From positions 1 to 64,000 of the IMG/VR virus record IMGVR_UViG_3300025848_000001: a DNA stretch of 64,000 nt; one strand, 5' to 3'. The position numbers and the translations under genes are program-made. Source of the DNA: a virus (Duplodnaviria; Caudoviricetes). Shown here one piece after another: positions 30,019-39,522 of the stretch; the stretch's first letter is position 1; each line of letters opens with the position of its first letter. The notes beneath the pieces are model-generated. The model worked only from the letters and a program-made list of their open reading frames with translations, searched no databases and was not told the origin of the DNA.

Positions 30019-30802
30019 TTGCTACCCCCGAAAATGCTGCTAACAATGCTGCTTCAGCTTGGCTGGCAACAGAGTTTGGAGAAAATCTATATTGAACTTT
30101 TTTAATACTAACTGGAGTGTCTAGTGCTCTTGTCATAGCAGAATTAAATAATCTTTGAAACCCAGATTTTTTTATTGACATATTGACAAGATTTCCAGTA
30201 AAGAAGTGTTTGTATGCGGATATAAATGAATTTTTTGTTGCTACTCCTCCAGGTTTTGTTACAGTTACCGATTGTCCTTTTGGCATGAATATAGTTTCCC
30301 CATCTAATTCAAACACTAATCTTTCTGAAGATCTTGGAGTAATAATAACAGTTTTACCCTGCTCCATTACTTCTGCTTTTTTTATAAACACATGTCTATT
30401 CCGTGACCCTTTTGCTGGCACAAAAGATTTTGAATCCATTAATTCATAATTAACAGTAAATCCTAAACCAATATCAGAGATTCTATTTAATTTAAATAAT
30501 CTAGCTTCTTTTATTCCAGTTTGGTCCCATTCATATACGTGATGTAATGATTTTGGAGATACTGTAGCTTTTGAATCTATGTAATCGCCAAAATCTTTAT
30601 CTATCTGATTGAATATAGTATTATTAAAAGATTTTTGAAATGCTGGATTAGAAGTTAGCTTTGCTAGCACATTTGTTTTATAAAATATTGCTGCAGATAT
30701 TTGAGCTACAGTAGAATCTTTTATAGCACCACTGACTGGCTGTCCAGCCATTAGTTTAACTAATCCGCTAGCAGCCTGAAGTGCCATTACTTCAGAAGCC
30801 AA
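30011..30802 (-). CDS. Putative neck/tail completion protein
   Basis: Position in the head-tail joining block. Confidence 0.5.
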   Translation of the reverse strand: MASEVMALQAASGLVKLMAGQPVSGAIKDSTVAQISAAIFYKTNVLAKLTSNPAFQKSFNNTIFNQIDKDFGDYIDSKATVSPKSLHHVYEWDQTGIKEARLFKLNRISDIGLGFTVNYELMDSKSFVPAKGSRNRHVFIKKAEVMEQGKTVIITPRSSERLVFELDGETIFMPKGQSVTVTKPGGVATKNSFISAYKHFFTGNLVNMSIKKSGFQRLFNSAMTRALDTPVSIKKVQYRFSPNSVASQAEAALLAAFSGVANA

Positions 30803-31217
30803 TTTGCTGATTCTCCGATCTCTTTAATGACGTGTTATATCCAACAACTAATCCGAATGGATCTGTTATTGGCGTTGATCCGACTACCTCAAATATAGTT
30901 GGAGTATCAGTTGGATAGTTTAACTCAATCCAAATTGAATTGCCTTCCGAATCTCGTACATTACCAACTTTTTCTCTTTGAGTTAATCTTTCAATAGTTC
31001 TTACTTCTATATATTGTTGATTTTCATATTTATTAGAAAATGTTTGTTTGTCTAAATTTCTAGTCGTGCTCTGGCTTATGATGCCACGAGCATAGCATGG
31101 AATTGTTTTATAATACATAAATTGTCTTTTCATGACCCCTGTATCTGGATCTTGCTCTTCTTCTTGTCTATATACATCTATGGTCATGGCCAAAAGCCCA
31201 TCAACTATGCTAAACAT
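30792..31217 (-). CDS. Head-tail stopper-like protein
   Basis: IDVYRQ...QDPDTG...IPCYARG beta pattern; position. Confidence 0.6.
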   Translation of the reverse strand: MFSIVDGLLAMTIDVYRQEEEQDPDTGVMKRQFMYYKTIPCYARGIISQSTTRNLDKQTFSNKYENQQYIEVRTIERLTQREKVGNVRDSEGNSIWIELNYPTDTPTIFEVVGSTPITDPFGLVVGYNTSLKRSENQQIGF

Positions 31218-32200
31218 TAGAACACAACCATTTGTGTCACAACATAATCAAGAAGTAATTTATCTGCATATGCTGATCCTGTTCCTGTAAAAGCATCTGA
31301 TGCAAATTCAAAATCCCAATCTGTTGTAGATATTTTATTTACGTACCTATCTCTCCATGCACGATCTTTTGAAAAATAAGATCGCATAATTTCTATTGTA
31401 GCTTGCTCTACTTCGTCTGGAACATCATCCCAACCAAATCTGGCATAAACATCATAATGTTTTCCACGTTTAAATATATTTGGATTTGAGTCATAAATTG
31501 TTGGAGGAACCATTCCATTAGCAATATATGTATCGTTATCCAGAATGCTTGATTGATTTATTTTAATTCCAAATCCACTTGTTGTTGGTTCTACTACAAA
31601 ACCTAAATTATTAACATTGTTTAAATTATCTATTAATAAAGAATCATTAACATGTAGCGTATGTAAATTATTTATTTTTCTTGTTAATGGCAATGTATCT
31701 GAGTCATTACCCATAATTGTCATAGTGTCATCAAATAAATTAAATTTTTGTCCAGTGTAGTATTCTACTTGCTTTCTAGCGTACTTCTCCGCCATTCTTA
31801 ATTCATGATAAGTTTTATTATTTGGATCATTTGAATCAGATCCCAATCCTAAATCTTCAATAGCTTCTTCTATAGAAATATATGGTGTTACTACATCTAC
31901 ATATGTTATATGTGTCGATATTTCATTATTATATTCGTATGTCCACTCTATTTTAAATTTTCTATCTCTGCCTACAAACGCTACTGGGAAATAAAAACTA
32001 TACACTCCAAAATCTGTTTCTTCTTGTTCTGCAATAGTATTATATATGATTGAGTTGGGATTAATTGATGGCAATATTAATGGATCTTGAGTAATGTCAT
32101 AAACTTTAACTATAACATCGGAATCAGTAATAACTGGCTCTCCCCTATAATATAGTTTTGCCTTTATTGCTGTACTACGTCCTTTATATATCTCTGCCAT
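31217..32200 (-). CDS. Head-tail adaptor/connector
   Basis: ARKQVEYYTGQKF, FGWDDVPDEVEQA, TGSAYADKLL adaptor motifs. Confidence 0.75.
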   Translation of the reverse strand: MAEIYKGRSTAIKAKLYYRGEPVITDSDVIVKVYDITQDPLILPSINPNSIIYNTIAEQEETDFGVYSFYFPVAFVGRDRKFKIEWTYEYNNEISTHITYVDVVTPYISIEEAIEDLGLGSDSNDPNNKTYHELRMAEKYARKQVEYYTGQKFNLFDDTMTIMGNDSDTLPLTRKINNLHTLHVNDSLLIDNLNNVNNLGFVVEPTTSGFGIKINQSSILDNDTYIANGMVPPTIYDSNPNIFKRGKHYDVYARFGWDDVPDEVEQATIEIMRSYFSKDRAWRDRYVNKISTTDWDFEFASDAFTGTGSAYADKLLLDYVVTQMVVF

Positions 32201-32209
32201 TTATAAGGT

Positions 32210-32605
32210 TTAGTTATAGTACTCTTGTACCTCTCTTGGCGAAGCCAATCTAAACCCTTCCTCCTTGTCAAAAATTTGCTGTGCCTTTTCGCTTGGCATT
32301 GCAACAAACGGATGATCCTTGGTAAATGTATAACCTAGAACATCATATCTGTAATTATTTCTAGTCATTCTTACAAGTACTGCATCCTTGTCAACTTCTT
32401 GAGCAGGATCAAATTTTGGAAGAACTTCTACCTCTTCTTTATTATCTTCAATATTTTTAATTGTATTTTGATATACGGACCATGTAACGCCTTCTTCTGC
32501 TAGTGCTGCGATAACGTCTGCTTTGTTTTTTAGTCCTTCGGTGTCTACGGCAAAGTCTTCAGCAATTTGCTTTAATTCTTTTACCTTCAATGTGTCAAAT
32601 GACAT
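32210..32605 (-). CDS. Protein with N-terminal Rho-N/HeH-like domain
   Basis: LKVKELKQIAEDFAVD...KADVIAAL. Confidence 0.6.
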   Translation of the reverse strand: MSFDTLKVKELKQIAEDFAVDTEGLKNKADVIAALAEEGVTWSVYQNTIKNIEDNKEEVEVLPKFDPAQEVDKDAVLVRMTRNNYRYDVLGYTFTKDHPFVAMPSEKAQQIFDKEEGFRLASPREVQEYYN

Positions 32606-32657
32606 ATTATCTCCTTAATATTAGGTCTATTAATTATAGCATTAGTAGATTAAAAGT

Positions 32658-32689
32658 AAAAGCCCCCAAAAATTAATTTGGGGGCTTTT
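32658..32689. terminator. Intrinsic terminator after the major capsid gene
   Basis: AAAAGCCCCCAAA-AATTAA-TTTGGGGGCTTTT. Confidence 0.85.
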
Positions 32690-32711
32690 TTGCAGTTTAA
32701 TTCCTATTTAA

Positions 32712-33746
32712 TTAGGAAGCAACCTTAACGTTCTTAACAACGACCCAAGCATCTGCTTGTTCAATTTGAGCTCCAACACGAGTATACATTGTATATTCGA
32801 TAGAGTCCTTCTTTGGCCAGAAGAAACGATAGACAGTGACATCACGCTTGATACCAATAACAACGTTATTTGGGAATGTCAAGTGGATATCGCCCTGATC
32901 TGAATCAGCGCCCTGAGTTTCCTTAAGCAAAGGAACTTCAACAATCGGAATACCGAATGCGAATGGAGCTGTGAATCCTGCTGGGCCACCAAGACCTGCT
33001 GTATCGCCACGGATAATGCTTGCTGCAATATCTTGTGGGTTTACGTTCTGGATATTTTGTGATGTTGAATACAAATAATCCTGAATTAGGTTTGATCCAG
33101 AAAGGAAGCGAAGGTCTGGACGACGTTGCTTGTACTTTCTTGGAAGTGCCTTGAGGGCATTATTGAAGACTTCACGGGAGATGTTAGCGCCATCGGCGTC
33201 AACAACGTGACCGTTTGCCTTTGCAATCTTTACAATGCCATCAAAAGCTTTGTATAGATTGTCAGATGAGAGAGATGTATCACCATTAAGAACTACATCT
33301 TCAAGATCATTACCAGCCTGTGTTGCCATCAGACGTGCAATGTGGTCTTCTAGATCGGCACCTTCGATATTGTCTTCGAGAGACTCTGTTGAAAGTTCCC
33401 AATCAAGACGTAGCTTCTTGGTTGTAAGAGAGATCTTTGAGAATTGTACGGCAGCGTTTGTGCCAGTATTCTCAGCTTCAGAAGCAAGCTTCATAAGCTT
33501 CTCACCTACGCCAATACGATCAATCTCAGTCGTATCAGCTCGCATGCGAACTGTACGTGCTAATTTACCGACTACTGTTGCATCGAACATGTAATCGAGG
33601 AATCGTGCAGACTGCTCTGGATTTAGTAGACCGCCTTTACCTTCGGATCCAACGTGGATACCGTCGGTGGGATCTGCTGCTCCAACCATGCTACCTGTCA
33701 TGGTAGTATCGGCTGCTGCTGCTTTAGCTAATAGTTCATTACTCAT
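32712..33746 (-). CDS. Major capsid protein (HK97 fold)
   Basis: GGLLNPEQ, LSTESLEDNIEG, VLNGD, FGIPIVEVP motifs; after protease/scaffold; codon usage visibly more C-ending. Confidence 0.93.
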   Translation of the reverse strand: MSNELLAKAAAADTTMTGSMVGAADPTDGIHVGSEGKGGLLNPEQSARFLDYMFDATVVGKLARTVRMRADTTEIDRIGVGEKLMKLASEAENTGTNAAVQFSKISLTTKKLRLDWELSTESLEDNIEGADLEDHIARLMATQAGNDLEDVVLNGDTSLSSDNLYKAFDGIVKIAKANGHVVDADGANISREVFNNALKALPRKYKQRRPDLRFLSGSNLIQDYLYSTSQNIQNVNPQDIAASIIRGDTAGLGGPAGFTAPFAFGIPIVEVPLLKETQGADSDQGDIHLTFPNNVVIGIKRDVTVYRFFWPKKDSIEYTMYTRVGAQIEQADAWVVVKNVKVAS

Positions 33747-33764
33747 TAGTTATTTTCACCTACC

Positions 33765-35105
33765 TTATTTTATCAATTCACTAACGGAACCGAGGAAAGT
33801 GCCGTTCCATTTTGATTTTTTTATTGTTACTTCCCGTGACCCGCCAAGGTCAGAGGACTTCTTAATTGCAGTCTCAGATTCGACTGCGTCCACTCTCTTT
33901 TCTACACCTTCAATAGTATTCTTAATTGATTCTACTGCGGTAGAGAGTGCTGTATGTTTTTCTGCTAATTCTGAAATTCGAGCATCTACGCCCTTGCTAA
34001 ACGTTTCAACAGTTTCTTTAATTGCTGAAACCTGAGCGGCATTTGCCTCAGAGGCCTTTTCCAAAGTCTCCGAGAAGAAGCCTTTAAGGTCGCCTAGCAT
34101 TTTTGCAAAATCAGGTTCTACAACCTCTGTTGCTTCGGCTGCTGTTTCCAGAACTTCGGCAGAAGTGTTTTCTTCTGTAGAGACTACTTCTTCAGACTTT
34201 TCTACTTCAGCTACTGGTGCTTCAACTTCGACTTCAGCTTGAGCTGGAGCTTCTTGTCCTGGCACACGTAACTTTTCAACAGTCTCTTCGGTAGCTGTTG
34301 TGGTTTCTAAATTTTCCACTTCATTACCTCCTTCTGCGTTTGCCTGTTTTGCAATTTTTACATCAGGCAACGTGTTTAATCTTGACTTATATAAATCAAG
34401 AATCTTATCTATTTCTTTTGCTTTGTTTGTATCGTTTGATTCCACCCAACCAATAAGTTCTGTTTTCTTACCAGTTACTGGTGAAATATACTCAGCTTCT
34501 GTTGACATAAATACAGAATCGCTATCTGCACAATAAAAAATATTTTCCATTTTGACATCTGCAGCAATGCCTTTGAAAATCATTTGACCATTGACTTTTT
34601 CAATTGACAATATGTTGCATAATTCATTTGCTGGAGAATCTACTATTGACAATTCAACAAGTGAGTAATCCTTAATAAAGCGAACAGATTCTCCTGTTGC
34701 TTTGTTCATTTCTGTTTCTGAATCTATAATTTTTCCGCCGATTGAAAATCCTTGTAGTGTTCCATCTAATACTTTTTCCCAGGTATCTTGAGCACCCTTT
34801 GAAATATATGCATCTACATAAACACCATTGTAAAATTCTTTTGATTTTGGATCATAGTATGTTTCTGGTCTAAATGAAACAACTTTACCAACTGCGGTTG
34901 GCTGATGCATTTCTCTTAGATTGCCACGGAAATTTTCAAAAGCTTTCATGCTTGCTTCCATCGTGACAACATCACCAGTCTGGTCAAGGTTGTCTAATGT
35001 TGCGAACCCTGAGACTGTTCTTTTTTCTCTATTGACCTTCGTGAAAGGAACTGCTAAATTAATAACATTTCCCTCAGAAGACCAATGTGATTTTTCAATG
35101 GTCAT
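33765..35105 (-). CDS. Prohead protease fused to scaffold
   Basis: DQTGDVV, LREMH, GFSIGG, ELSIVDSPAN HK97-type protease motifs; acidic coiled-coil C-terminus. Confidence 0.92.
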   Translation of the reverse strand: MTIEKSHWSSEGNVINLAVPFTKVNREKRTVSGFATLDNLDQTGDVVTMEASMKAFENFRGNLREMHQPTAVGKVVSFRPETYYDPKSKEFYNGVYVDAYISKGAQDTWEKVLDGTLQGFSIGGKIIDSETEMNKATGESVRFIKDYSLVELSIVDSPANELCNILSIEKVNGQMIFKGIAADVKMENIFYCADSDSVFMSTEAEYISPVTGKKTELIGWVESNDTNKAKEIDKILDLYKSRLNTLPDVKIAKQANAEGGNEVENLETTTATEETVEKLRVPGQEAPAQAEVEVEAPVAEVEKSEEVVSTEENTSAEVLETAAEATEVVEPDFAKMLGDLKGFFSETLEKASEANAAQVSAIKETVETFSKGVDARISELAEKHTALSTAVESIKNTIEGVEKRVDAVESETAIKKSSDLGGSREVTIKKSKWNGTFLGSVSELIK

Positions 35106-35160
35106 ATGTGTATATTATAGGCTTTTATATATCTAAAGGCAAATAAGTAGTTGAGTAGGA

Positions 35161-36741
35161 CTACTCAACCTGTCTACCGTCGCCTTTTGCATTTCTGCCT
35201 TCCCCTGAATTATCTGGAGAATTTGCAGATCTATTTTGGTCTCTTTCACGACTTTGCATTGCTTGAGCTTTAATTTCAGCGGCCTGCGCCTGTAAATCAA
35301 CTGGCTTATCTCCGCCTTCTCTTGGCACTAACCCCATTCTCAATCTAATTTCATTAGGAGTCATTACCTGGAATCTTAAATATCTCTCATCAATTTTTGA
35401 CTGGGTATCAGAATCTGTCAAGCTTAATTCATTAAATTTAAGCTGGAGTGCATCTGTCATTTCCATAATAATTCTATTTAATTTCTTTTCTAGAATATCT
35501 TGTGCTGGGGCACATACCTGCTCTTTAAATGTTTTATCTGCATCCCTGGCATTTGCTAAAGATATTCCTGTGGCTGTTCCAATTTTATTTATTGGAACAC
35601 GATGAGCCATTAATATTTCATCTCTATTTGATTGTCTATAAATATTAAATGAAGACTCTTGAGCACCTGCCTCAATTGGTTCCATTTTAAATTCAGTTTT
35701 TGAATCTGGAGAATCTGGAGGCAATGGTATATATAAAGATCTGTGGTTTTTTCCACGAAGTCCAACCTGGAAAAATTCTAATAATTTACGTTCAGACTCT
35801 GGTGATAATTTAGCACCTTTAACGGTGATAATATATCTTGGGACTGCCTTATTTTCAAAATAATCTAAGTTATATTTTCCAGCAAATTCATTTCCAGCCA
35901 TTGCGCTTTGGGCTGCAATAATATCTGGAATTCCATAATAATTATTTTTTGGAGTATATTTCTTTAAATGAATAATTTCATTTGGTCTATCAGTAGCTCC
36001 AGCTATTGGATTTGCAGTTTCTTGATCTCCAAAATTACGGAAAAAAACTGCTTTGCCGTAAAGTAATTGTACAAAGCCATCTCTTAAACGTCTAACACGC
36101 ATGGTCTTTGAAGGAATATGTCCTATATATCCTATTTTCCCAGCAGTAGTTCTACCTATTTCTAAATAGCCATTTCCTGTTGCTTCTACGTCTGTGTAGA
36201 ACTTAATTAAAGTTTCTTTAAATGTTTCTTCTTCATTGCAATCTTCTAACCACTCATGCAAATCTTGTTTAATTCTAGAAAGTTTTCTACGGGCACGTTC
36301 TAATTGTTTTTCGTCTTCAATACCGTCCAACAAATCATTTGTCTTTTTTGTTTCTACAAAATCAAATCCTAAACCAACAATGTTGGCAACCTTAGCATTA
36401 ATTGCTGCATAATTATATGGAGATATCTCGTATATTGTAGATAAATAATCTAAATTATATTCAGGCATAACAAGATCAAATAATGCATATCCACTAACTG
36501 CCTGCTGTATTAATAACTGTTGAGTTGCTGTTCCTTCTGTTCCAACAAATTTTTTCTGTATATCTCTACTTACTCTTCTTCTAACTGCAGGGCTTAAACC
36601 ATTTAGCTTTAATATATCTTCGCCTTCAATAGAAAACGGATCTTGATTATTATTAATAGATGGGGTATTAAATTTCATCCAATCTGCTACATTAGATATT
36701 TCAATGTCTTGACTTGGTGTATCTTCTTCGTATTCAATCAT
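35161..36741 (-). CDS. Portal protein (PBSX/HK97-type)
   Basis: TGNGYLE, EIIHLK, YYGIP, YFENKAVP, HRVP, MTPNEIR motifs. Confidence 0.95.
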   Translation of the reverse strand: MIEYEEDTPSQDIEISNVADWMKFNTPSINNNQDPFSIEGEDILKLNGLSPAVRRRVSRDIQKKFVGTEGTATQQLLIQQAVSGYALFDLVMPEYNLDYLSTIYEISPYNYAAINAKVANIVGLGFDFVETKKTNDLLDGIEDEKQLERARRKLSRIKQDLHEWLEDCNEEETFKETLIKFYTDVEATGNGYLEIGRTTAGKIGYIGHIPSKTMRVRRLRDGFVQLLYGKAVFFRNFGDQETANPIAGATDRPNEIIHLKKYTPKNNYYGIPDIIAAQSAMAGNEFAGKYNLDYFENKAVPRYIITVKGAKLSPESERKLLEFFQVGLRGKNHRSLYIPLPPDSPDSKTEFKMEPIEAGAQESSFNIYRQSNRDEILMAHRVPINKIGTATGISLANARDADKTFKEQVCAPAQDILEKKLNRIIMEMTDALQLKFNELSLTDSDTQSKIDERYLRFQVMTPNEIRLRMGLVPREGGDKPVDLQAQAAEIKAQAMQSRERDQNRSANSPDNSGEGRNAKGDGRQVE

Positions 36742-37076
36742 TTTTTACCCAACTTTTTCATTTCATCTTTATAAACGCCAATATCTAATTCGTCAGGAAC
36801 TAGTCCAAGTGCTAGTCTTGTCTTTTGACGCTGAAATTCTTCGTCATCTATTTGCCTACTACCTTCTAAAAACTTAGGCTTTCCCTCGTCAATTCCATAA
36901 CTTCTTACCGCCTGTGCAAGCAAATTTATTCTAGATCTATCTCCGTACATTGACTGTATTGATAAGAAATTTTTATCATCATCACCTATCCATCGGCCAT
37001 CTGGCATTTCCCATACATATACGCCAAGTCTGGTTTCTCCAGTCTTTATTTTTGATCCAAGCTTTTTAATTTCCAT
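36738..37076 (-). CDS. Hypothetical protein coupled to portal
   Basis: ATGA overlap with the portal start. Confidence 0.7.
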   Translation of the reverse strand: MEIKKLGSKIKTGETRLGVYVWEMPDGRWIGDDDKNFLSIQSMYGDRSRINLLAQAVRSYGIDEGKPKFLEGSRQIDDEEFQRQKTRLALGLVPDELDIGVYKDEMKKLGKK

Positions 37077-37139
37077 AGGTTACTATTTTACCACTTTCAA
37101 AGTCTCAAGTCTAGGGTTTTGTCAAGTATTATGACAAAA

Positions 37140-39074
37140 TTATTGGTTAATTGTACGCTCCCATTCCAAATCATATGCCTCAACTGAGGATTCTGTCAGG
37201 GTCATGGACGAATTAGATAGGTCGAATAGGATATATACGTCACCATATCTGTATAAATTATAATTAGTTAATGCATCTAACGCAGTAAATTGATACTCAT
37301 ATAATGCAATATTCTGATATAGTCCCGAAGTGCCGCCGCCGATAGAAGAACCATTTATAATAATATCTCCCGTAATTGGCTCCATAAATGTCAAAACGAC
37401 ATAATTTAGATCTCCTTCGGTCAATATATCCTTAATATTGTTTTCGCCTGTCTTAGTGTAATTATTTACATATATTTCTTCTATATTTGCTCTGGCTATA
37501 TCTCCATTCGAATTCCAAGATAATAATGTAGTTCCAGCGAATATTATTGATCCAGCCTCAGAAAGGCTGTATGGGGTGTAGAAGAATTCTATTGTGTTTA
37601 TGTTGTCTGCGGTAGTTATTTTAAAGCTAGAGCCTGTATTGGCTTTTAAACCGTTTCTAGAGTCTCTCTGTAGGATCTCTGAGCTAACCCGTCCCAAAAC
37701 AAAAGACCCTTCTTCTGGAGTGATATAAGAAGGCCCATTTACGGCTAATTTTTTCATATTATTATAAAACTTTACAATTAAATAATTTAATCTGGGATTA
37801 TATCTACTTGAATCTAAAGTAGCAATTGTGACCCTAATAAATAATCTTCTTTCTTCGCTGAAGTTGTTAGATTGATATTGTGGAATTTCATCTCCATTAT
37901 TACATTGAACATATGATATACCATCATCACTTGTTTCTACAATTATGCCATTGTCTCCGTCCCACTCTATTTTAGACGAGTCCATAGTATTGCCTGGCAA
38001 AACAATTTCATCTTCTATTACAACTGTTTTTTCTTGAAGCGTTTCTGTTTTTAAAATTGATATATATTGTTTATCTTGATCAAAATATAAATCTTCAGTA
38101 ATAAATAATTCCCAAGCTTTATTAGATGGCCATGCGTACTGATAAGCTAATCTTGAATTATCGTCGTACAAATTAAACCATTCACCACCATTTGATTCAA
38201 TTAATTGAGACGGCCTAATTGCTTTAGCATCGTTATAATGATTATTAATTTGATTTTGAGATAAAGCATATCTATAAACACCAACACTATTTATAATAAA
38301 ATATTGTCCTATACCACAAGGACCTGTTTTAAAATTTACAGAATTTCTAGTAAATGGATTACTAGTTATTAATTTTGTAACCTCAAGAACATTATTGATA
38401 TAAAGAGATAAAGAAGAGTTTGTATAAATTGCAACGACATGGAACGCCTTATCTGTATATGGTATTGTATACTCTATTTTTTCTGTATCGACCTGAAATA
38501 CTATATTGTTTTTATAATAAAATAATCCTACTTCACTTCCCGTCGTTTTATCTGCAAATAAAGGTGTAAAAAATGATCCTGTTATTTTAGGCTTAAACCA
38601 AAGTTCTATTGTAAAATCATTATCTGCTGAATCTGACGTAGCAAATTTGCTAGACGTTGTTTGTCCAGAGTAATCTTTATCAATTATATATTCTATATAA
38701 TTTGAATCTCCTATTTTAGCCGCTGTTGAATTTCCTTTTACTATAGGGACAATTCCTCCTATTGGCCTTCCAACATATTTACTATTATTTTGACATTCAG
38801 AATTATCATACGCAATATCTCCTCCGAGATTTGCATAAGAAGCATATGCTGCTGCTACATCTGCATATGTTCCATAAGTTAAAAGTAATTCAGCATATGT
38901 TAAAGGTTTAGTTCCAGTTATTTGTTGATAACTATCATAATTATCTAAAATTTCTTGATAGTCTTCATTTTGTGCAAGCAGGTCTACATAACCAGCATCA
39001 CTAGATGTAGTAAAATCATCAAGAGGATAGTATGCTAGCGGGTAATCACTTAATACCGTAGATCTATAAGACAT
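37140..39074 (-). CDS. LamG/concanavalin A-like domain virion protein
   Basis: PLAYYPLD, FTIELWF, HVVAIY, LYINN, VYRYALSQNQINNHY. Confidence 0.8.
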   Translation of the reverse strand: MSYRSTVLSDYPLAYYPLDDFTTSSDAGYVDLLAQNEDYQEILDNYDSYQQITGTKPLTYAELLLTYGTYADVAAAYASYANLGGDIAYDNSECQNNSKYVGRPIGGIVPIVKGNSTAAKIGDSNYIEYIIDKDYSGQTTSSKFATSDSADNDFTIELWFKPKITGSFFTPLFADKTTGSEVGLFYYKNNIVFQVDTEKIEYTIPYTDKAFHVVAIYTNSSLSLYINNVLEVTKLITSNPFTRNSVNFKTGPCGIGQYFIINSVGVYRYALSQNQINNHYNDAKAIRPSQLIESNGGEWFNLYDDNSRLAYQYAWPSNKAWELFITEDLYFDQDKQYISILKTETLQEKTVVIEDEIVLPGNTMDSSKIEWDGDNGIIVETSDDGISYVQCNNGDEIPQYQSNNFSEERRLFIRVTIATLDSSRYNPRLNYLIVKFYNNMKKLAVNGPSYITPEEGSFVLGRVSSEILQRDSRNGLKANTGSSFKITTADNINTIEFFYTPYSLSEAGSIIFAGTTLLSWNSNGDIARANIEEIYVNNYTKTGENNIKDILTEGDLNYVVLTFMEPITGDIIINGSSIGGGTSGLYQNIALYEYQFTALDALTNYNLYRYGDVYILFDLSNSSMTLTESSVEAYDLEWERTINQ

Positions 39075-39273
39075 TTCCTAATGCCAGTATTTGATTTTCT
39101 TTTTCTGCAATTTCATTTTCCATAATTGAAATTTTTTCCAAGTCTGGATTTGATTTTGCTTTTTCTAATAAGATATCAATCTCTAAAGCATACATGCCGT
39201 ATTCCAAATTACGTTTAGCATTTATCTTTATTTGATTTTTTTCATTATCGTTTAGCTCTTCATATGATGGCAT
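39064..39273 (-). CDS. Small coiled-coil hypothetical protein
   Basis: AGGAG RBS; resembles the upstream neighbour. Confidence 0.65.
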   Translation of the reverse strand: MPSYEELNDNEKNQIKINAKRNLEYGMYALEIDILLEKAKSNPDLEKISIMENEIAEKENQILALGNVL

Positions 39274-39299
39274 TTTTTCTCCTATATAAATTATATAAA

Positions 39300-39521
39300 C
39301 TATTGTTCAAGTTCATTAAGCATACCATAAAGTTCATCTATAAAAATTATAGATTTTTGAATTTCTTGTTCTAATGCTGCCAACCCTTTTTCATCATTAT
39401 TTTTTTCAGCTTCTATTTTATTTATAGATAAAGAATAAAGGTTTCCTTCTAAATAATATATTTTTGATTTCAATATTACAATTTTATCATTTTGTGATAG
39501 AAAATTATATTGGTATGTCAT
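39300..39521 (-). CDS. Small coiled-coil hypothetical protein
   Basis: Likely start ATG 39521; similar N-terminus to 39064..39273. Confidence 0.6.
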   Translation of the reverse strand: MTYQYNFLSQNDKIVILKSKIYYLEGNLYSLSINKIEAEKNNDEKGLAALEQEIQKSIIFIDELYGMLNELEQ

Positions 39522-39522
39522 T